Of a stretch of DNA of 64,000 bases, positions 56,249-64,000 are shown piece after piece (position 1 is the first letter of the stretch; every line of letters starts with the position of its first letter). The stretch spans positions 8,494,001-8,558,000 of the forward strand of contig OZ316776.1 in assembly GCA_973851085.1 (NCBI GenBank), in the 5' to 3' direction. The notes below the pieces were generated by a model that saw nothing but the letters and a program-made list of their open reading frames with translations, was not told the origin of the DNA and did no database searches. This DNA comes from Ptychomitrium polyphyllum. Lineage: Eukaryota. A program made the position numbers and the translations under genes.

Positions 56249-59200
56249 CTACTCCATGCCAGTGCTGTCCAACGTCTCCAGTGCTTGAAGGTCGTGTATT
56301 TGACGGATATTACCCGAAGCTGCACACCACAAAGGATTTGTAAGCATCAGCACCTCAGTTGCACGAGGTATTAAAAATATGGCATTAATACAAAGAAACA
56401 ATCAATCGGTTGAGAAAAATACCAAACAGCCAATCGCGAAAGTGCCCATGAATAGCTGAAATAAGTTCACGCTTCTTCCCATCCTCAAGCATAGTGGTCT
56501 TCAGATTTTGCTTCAAACTTTCAGCTGCTTTACACTGTTCACAGACACAGAATGTTGCTATCAGAAACAGGACCTTCAATAACCAGACACTAAAACAGCT
56601 TATTACATGATACATGTACAGCGTAGGAACATTCTATACGATAACCACTCACATAGAAGCCACTTACAGTTGCAATCGAGTGACAAGCAAGAAGCCTTAC
56701 CCTGTGTTGCTGAGCAAGAAGATACGGCTTAGGAAGTAAGAAAGGATTAGCCCTTGTAAGAAGCTGCTGCTCTAAGTCAGCTTCATTCCACCTGGGAACC
56801 TGAAAATGACAGCAAAACCAACAGATTTTAAAAAGATCTTCAAGCTATGCAAGCTAACAAAGAATGGTGTTATTTGGGATTAAAAAATACTAAAAAATCG
56901 GATGGCCAGGACTATCTACATACCGAAAATGTCACAAATTTCTCCGGTTGGAGCTGTGTTGCACCCTCAGCTTGAACATCTGCGGAACCCGCAGGATAAA
57001 TAAAAGCGTCATGAGGATCCACCATCCCCAGAGTTAGTATCCGATCCCATCTGTTAACTGTGGCATCCACCCCAACTTGTGCCAAGTGAGCTTCCAATTT
57101 GGGATAGAACGTATTGTAAGGAGCCACCTGCTCGAGACATAAACCAAAAGCAGTGGTGAATGGGGTGGCAAATATTCCAGGTATTTCTTAAAGTTTATAC
57201 TCATTTCATCAAAAGTTATTGAAAAGGCATGAAATTTACTTCTAGTTAACTGTAGCATGTTCTCGAGACAATTCATGATGCAACTGTACCTGGAGGTTGT
57301 GATTATCACCAGTAAACAGTGGCCGTGAGTTCACTCCCAGATAGAAAACACATTCCCTACAGCTAGCAATAGTAATACGAGCTGTTGGCACAATGATCTG
57401 AACCCTCTCACAATGCTCCACTCGGACAGCCTGCATACATTTGTGATTGAAATAAGATCAAATTGCAACAAGTAAAAACGTTAAGATAGCTAAGAGCTAC
57501 ACCTCAGCTTTAAGACCTATAATTACTGACAATTCTAAAAATGCCACGCCCAACATCTCTTCCTCAAACAGTGCTGCTATTTGCACCGTACGAAGCATTT
57601 GGCACACAATTATTACACGAGCCTTCTATGTGATAATTGTTGAACTAAATTTTCAGGGTAATAAATATCACGTTTACATGTACCAAAACATAAATAAATA
57701 AACAAATAAATAAATAAAAGCAAGAAACAAGTGACTTACTTTTCCAACAGCTCCTAGCACAATAATGGAGTCCGAACAGCCAAACACGGACACGTATTTC
57801 AGAGGTGCAAGAACGTACACAACTGAATCATGACAGTGAGACACCTGCAAAAGATTATTTTTAAAATACATATTTTAGAATGTATGTTTTCAAATCAGTG
57901 TATTCATGAGACACAAGTTACAGAGCACAGAACAGTACTACAAAAATCTGCATGTCAGAAATTAGCTTCTACCTTCACGGAATCACCCTTGATGTCATCT
58001 TCTCTTTTCAACACAGATGCTCGCATGACTCCATCCACAAATGTCATACCCTCCGGGCGCCAGTCTTTGGACAAGTGCAATACCCCATTTGGTACAAGAA
58101 TAGTTTGGGAACCAGATGTTGTCACATTAATAGGGCTAGCTGTAGCGTCTGCCATTGTTACATCTGCGGCCTCTGAAGATGAATTCTCCATAGGTCCATT
58201 CTCTGATAGGCCAACATCCTTCACTATCTTCTCTTCTTTTCCCAAGGGAGTCTCCCTTAAACTATCTGAAGCAGCATATATGTGCTGTAAAACCCATTCC
58301 AACACTTGTGTTACAAGCACGGGAGCTGCCGGCATATCTGGGTCTGAGTTGGCAAAGAAGGGCGCTGTCTGACTCAAGGGCAAGAACTCGAAGCCAGCAC
58401 TTTTGGCTTTCAGAAGAAGTCCAAGGTGCTCAAACTGCTCAGCTGTTATGACCTGAAGAGAACAAAAAGTACCTGTGAGATAAGCTGCTCAACGTTGCTA
58501 CAATAACTCGATGCTATAGCCCCAATAGGAGGTGTCACACAGCAGAGTCGCCACCTCACTCATCTTCCTCCCTCCAAAGCAGGAGGGAATGGTTCTCATT
58601 CAAGCAAATCATTTCTCATCAACACTTTATACCAAGCTTCAAATCTCTGGGAAATGTATCTCTCCTGTATGACACCCCCTAATGGCTCAACAGTTCTATC
58701 GAAAATGAACTCTCGAGGGCTAAAACCTTGATTGTCCATTTCGCCTCAGGAAGAACACTATCCGAGATATGATGCATAAACTCACTAGGCAGGAGAGAGA
58801 TACCTTAGAAAACACAGAACAGGCCTAAAAGCTCATTCACCTGATGCAGCAAATTAAATGAGATCCCCGTCCACATTAAATACCCTTAATTACCTTGCCA
58901 GTGTTTTCTTCTTCTTCTTCTTCTTCTTCTGTTGTTTCTGCCAAGAGGTTGAGAAGATTTGGTAAATGCTTTTGGACAAATGTCAGTTGATTGACTTCCT
59001 CTTCTGCTTGACCCGGCATCATACGTCGAGACACTGAAGGTGACCTAGCCTGCAGAATGCCTCCAAGCTTAGTATATGTATCCAAACAGGTATCCTTCAT
59101 TACAAACCTGGCGGTATGGAGCTATGATGTGAAGACTGACGGCCTAAAAAAGACAGATTCTGAAAGCCTAGATTTTTTATTCCTTATGCTTTGCTGTGAT

Positions 59201-59971
59201 ATATTAAGCGTGCTGTAATATTCTAATGTAGATGCTTGTTCGTGAATTACAGGACTACGTGTCACTAACATATGATTTCTGATAACTTAACAACGAACAG
59301 CTAAAAGACCCATCTAAAATTACTTGGACTTCGTAGTGGAATTTCCAGCTACTGCTGTGTAGATATGTCCGTTTCAATTGCAGAAAGTCGTACAGAATGA
59401 TGTGTAAGGTGTAGGTAAGCACCTGAATGGGAGAGGGGGCAGGAAGAAATCCATCGATTGCGGAAGTGGAAGGCCACACGTCGGCAACGTCAGCTGCATC
59501 TCGATGTGGACGAGACGGAACCCTTCGATAAGTTTGGATGTACAGAAATATCAATAGATCGTCAACATCAGCACCTACAGAATCAATTTCGGTCACTGGT
59601 GTAGTGGCCAGGTAATCCACAGCTCCCCCCACCTCGTTCAAAACAGATGCTAGTGTGTTCAGCACCAAATGAGCATCGCATTCACTAATCTCCAAAGCTG
59701 CAGCTATGCCTGCTGTAGCCACGCGTTTCCTACCCCCTGAAGCTGGCCCGGTATGTGAAGCATTCGAATTGTTATTCAAAGACCATGTGGAAATGGGAGG
59801 AGCCTGCTGGAGTAATTTAACGCGGAGGTTCCTCAGGCCAGTCACTACATCACTGTACACAAGGCTAGGAAGTGGCAACAACCCATACTCAAACCCCTCC
59901 CGTCGCACATGAAGCCATGGTGGCTCCCGCGCTTCTTCTGTAGTTTTGCTCACTGCTGGCCCAGCACTCAT
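56249..59971 (-). CDS. TBCC (C-CAP/cofactor C) domain-containing protein, TBCCD1-like, 9 exons, 638 aa
   Basis: Exons 59971-59423, 59049-58894, 58452-57973, 57844-57740, 57430-57290, 57127-56924, 56799-56701, 56534-56423 and 56319-56249. Motifs: HVRREGFEYGLLP, CHDSVVYVLAPL, VFGCSDSIIVLGAV, RECVFYLGVN, APYNTFY and HFRDWLFASGNIRQ. Exon 2 contains a (GAA)n poly-Glu tract. Confidence 0.92.
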
Positions 59972-61859
59972 CTTTCCTACTCTTATCTCTTCTCGCTTTT
60001 CTCAGCCTTCAGGGATTAAAAACATAAAAAATAAAAAAACTAGACTGATATAAACCTGCAAGAAAGCCACAATCGAATCCAGTATAAGTGAAAACGGCCA
60101 TTGATTTGAAAATAATGCATGTGCACACCAGCTGCTCATCTCCACTGAAACACACGAGTCACCGTTTCCCAACTTGTACCACGACAAGCCATATTACTCT
60201 CGAATATCCCACCACATCGCAAAAAGCCTGTATGTGGTGAAAAATCGAGAAACTATATAAAACATGCAATGAACATCAACGTTGTTCAAAATAATTCTAC
60301 CAATCGTTGCAGTAACCAAGTTCACACTCCAACTTCTCCCACCATTGCATGGGCTCTTCAGTTTTGAAAAACTCCTGATATGTCTATAACTCAAATCATA
60401 CGATTCTTCGCAAGTCACATCACAGAACGGAATACACGTGCGACAATATTCAAACCCGTACACTAACAAAAGTCTACTAAGTTTGAATTTTCAAAAAGAC
60501 AATCGAAACCACTCCTTCAGCTGAGATCACTACACTGCCACAGACGAAGCACTGCAAACAGTACCGCCAGAAAATGCCATGAAAGAGCACGGATTCAATC
60601 ACTACTCTGCAACAGTTGCAACTTCCCTCGAATAGGACATAAAACCCTCTTGTTCAGTCTCGAAGATGTACAGCACTGTCAAATTGTTACCAATGTGACA
60701 GTCTTGTGCAATCTCGGGAGTGATCAAAGCAATGCCCACCAAAACAAACCGACCAACTTACACGATTTTCATTTGACCTAGTCTTCAACCAATCAAGAGA
60801 AGGAAAAATGTCCCGGCACTTACGTGTTCGGCGATCTCCCAGCCTCAACTACTCTCCCGGCCAATGCAGCACCTACCGCCTGGTCCCCCCACCATAACCC
60901 TAAAAGCAGTTACTCCCGAAAACCCATCTTCACCCCGATCCTCATCGCGGGTGCCACCATACCCACCACCACAACTCCCTCCCCTGTCCAATGCTCACAC
61001 ACCGCAGAAAACTCCCCCTCTACTCGACCGCTCCATAGCCATCCCTCTCGCCTGCATTCTCCCCGACCGATCCCTCCACCCTTCCGCATCTCTCCACTCG
61101 AACTCCACCCTCAGCTCTCCTCTCCGCTCTCAACTCTCCCGCCCCTCTCCACCATCACCAGCACGCACACCTGCACCACCAGCCTTCCCTCCTTCCACCG
61201 CATGCTCTCTGCCGAACTCCACTCACTGCAGTTGCTCTACGCTTGACCGCCTCGTGAGATACGCCCCGGAGCTGCAAAGTGAACCGGAACCACAGCAGCG
61301 GCAAAACAAGGAGATGGAAAGATGGACATCCATCACTGCCGCAGTGCGACTAGGTTTGTTGCACTCTCCTCTGTCGTGGCACCGGCGATAGCTCTGCCTG
61401 CGCGACGGTGATGGCGATGGCGATGGCACCAAAGCCTGCAACAGCAACCATGCCGGCCGCCACACCCAGCGGCAGCAAACACCCCCTCCAACCTATGCCC
61501 GCGATTTCCCCCCTAAACCCGTCACCGCCTCCGGGACTGCGCTCTCTCTACCACCCGTGTACACTTCGCTTCCGACAACATCGGCGATGTCTGCCATCGG
61601 TAGAGCGATGGCACATTCCCGTGCATGTGAGATCCACATCACTGCGCTTTCGGGTTAACTGTGAAATTACACTTCGCATGAAATGTTGTGGTTTAGTCGA
61701 TGGTGTCGGTTTTTGACGGCAGCGACGGTTTTGGGTTCGCAGACGGTATGGTGCGGTGACGGTCTTGCGGTCTGTAATTTTGAATGCTCATTCGGTTGGA
61801 GTTTTTGAATGGTTCTGCTGTAATTCTTCTCAATACTGATTAATTTGAGAAAAAAGTTC

Positions 61860-63700
61860 ACATAAGTGATGAATGACTATTTCAAAAATGATAATTTCAG
61901 AATAATAATAAATGGAATACTTGATTGTTATTGCCATGCATCAGTATCATCTATATGGCTTTATTAATTTAAATGTGTGCTATAATTTTTTGTATTTTTA
62001 ATCATATATTTTCAATATTAATATTTTGATATACATTAACAATTTGAAATTTTGAAAAGTTCAAGAGACATTAAAGAACAAATTTTCTAAAAAATATTGA
62101 TTTTTGGATATCACTTATAAATAATTCATTTTTTGAATTTTTAATATAACTTTTTATTTGTCATTCTTACAAATATCACGATTATTTCTCTTTGTGGCAT
62201 TTCGCAGCATTTATAATTGTCCTCACTTACATGCTAGTCATCCTTATTTCCATACATTTTATCATCTACATTTAACCATCTTTCAAATCCAACATCAGTT
62301 TATTATTTTTTCAAATTTTCCATTGTTTTAAAAAATTTGGTTAAAATACATTTGTCTATGATATCAATTTCTTTTGATAAATTTTTTTAAATTAAAGATA
62401 CATGTATCTGTTAAACTAGTAATTTTATAGATCCTACTTGAGCAATTCTTAAAACAAAAAAGCGTCAAATTTAATTTCCTTTTCAAATTATACTAATTAT
62501 GCGCATATAAGACACCATATTCCTACAAGATTAACTTTTTAGAGCCTAAAACTATTTTTGAAGGATTCTATTTTGCTATGGATATTTGTATATAGAATGA
62601 GGTTAATATTATAAGTAAGCTCTTTTGAATAACTCAACCATTGGAATTTACATGTATTGATTTTAATATAAGTTTGATACTTGATACTTTAATACATGTT
62701 TTTATATTTAATGCTTATCTTAACATATTGATATTAACATGTTCCAGTTTAACAATGCAATTGAAAAGATTTTGCTTATTTATCAAAATGCGTTGCTGTT
62801 GTCTTCCAATGTTTTTTTCAAGTGAATGTCATTTAAATTGAAGCCATGCAATAATGCTAATTCTTTTGATAGGATTTGGAACTCATACATTATATTTGAT
62901 AGGATATGGAGTTCATCTTTAAATCTTATAAAATACAACTTTGTATGTTTAATTTTGAATTTTGATACAATACATTGTAAATTCCTTAAGGTTTGTTTTC
63001 ATTTAGAAGTGAAATAATCATGCCTAACTTCTTTTTGGGCTCAAAAATGTGATGTCTTGTAATATTCTTATATTCTATATTTTTCATACTATCACAATAT
63101 TTATTTTGATGCAAAAATTCATATACAAATATACTTAACAATGATGTGTCAATCAATTTTAAATTTTTTTCAATAGAAGCACAACAAACTTATCATTCTT
63201 TAAACCTCTAGTTCCAAAGAACATTATTAGAACACAAAAAATATCATGTGATATCAAATATAGGATTTTTTTGAATTCCTAATGCTAAGTTTATTTTTAA
63301 TAATGGCAAGGTCTCTATTTGATAATGTTATTTTTAGAATTAAAATAAGTTGCTTCAAAATCATCTTGAGAATATTTCAAAAACATATCCAAATTGTGTT
63401 GTAAACATTTTGTTAAATTATAGAATATATATTTATATGATAACTTCCAAACCAAATATTCTTTATTGAGTGTGATTCCCATTTAAAAGTATATATGGTC
63501 CTTCCAAACTCCAAACTCAACCTTCATTCATTGTTCAATATTATTCATTATTCTTCATGCCTAGTTAAGTGACCAAATCTTGGCCTTTGGCTTATAAAGG
63601 TATATGATGCATGTAAGACCAATCGCATGGATTCCTAAACATAGGAGGAAAAAGATGCAAAAAAATAATTAGTAGCGTTGTACATATTTTTTTTCTTCTT
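61860..63700. other. AT-rich intergenic spacer
   Basis: Low-complexity A/T sequence with no coding signal. Confidence 0.55.
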
Positions 63701-64000
63701 TTTTCTTAATTCAAATGAACTACTTTACTTCAGGAAGCATCAAAGCAACAACACAGAATCGAGCCAGAATACAACCATGACTGGCAAGAGAAATTTTGCA
63801 AACAATAAAGAATCCAAAGAGCTCTGATTTACAAAACATGCTTCTCTAGCCCAAAAAGTCAGAACAAACGAAAAGTAACTGGAGGCTGAGAAAAGGCGAC
63901 CAGTTCCTATAAAGCTCCCCAAGTGCAACATTGCTGCCGGAGCCTCTCCCTAATGACTGGGCCACAAGCTCCATGACACTCCTGCAAACCTTCAATCTTT

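Noticed and set aside
60824..61716. Pro/Ser-rich ORFs
   Set aside because: C-rich antisense of the TBCC gene leader and promoter; low complexity.
63740..64000. ORF at the window end
   Set aside because: No recognisable protein and the context is truncated.

Overview
Eukaryotic land-plant nuclear DNA, most likely a moss (Physcomitrium-like; inferred from the PIP1 sequence and the intron and leader style). Gene-dense blocks alternate with very AT-rich spacers. I reconstructed exons by hand from splice signals and reading frame; family names come from recalled motifs, not database searches. Intact genes: RPT3 (-), ATG9 (+, one GC-AG intron, uORF-laden leader), hyccin/FAM126 (-), a 24-exon importin-13/transportin-SR-like karyopherin (-), intronless succinyl-CoA ligase alpha (+), a PIP1 aquaporin with Cys in place of Thr in the ar/R filter (+), a 97-aa protein of unknown function (-), a DUF1338/HglS-like dioxygenase (+) and a TBCC-domain protein (-). 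Elements the ORF track misses: an intact 3-exon 108-aa gene encoding only a MED15-like central helical domain (candidate microProtein, the best novelty lead), a duplicate of its 3' end flanking an orphan LRR exon, an intron-retaining SRP9 pseudogene, a decayed membrane-protein gene and a decayed helical-domain+kinase gene. I found no rRNA, tRNA, CRISPR array or intact transposon.
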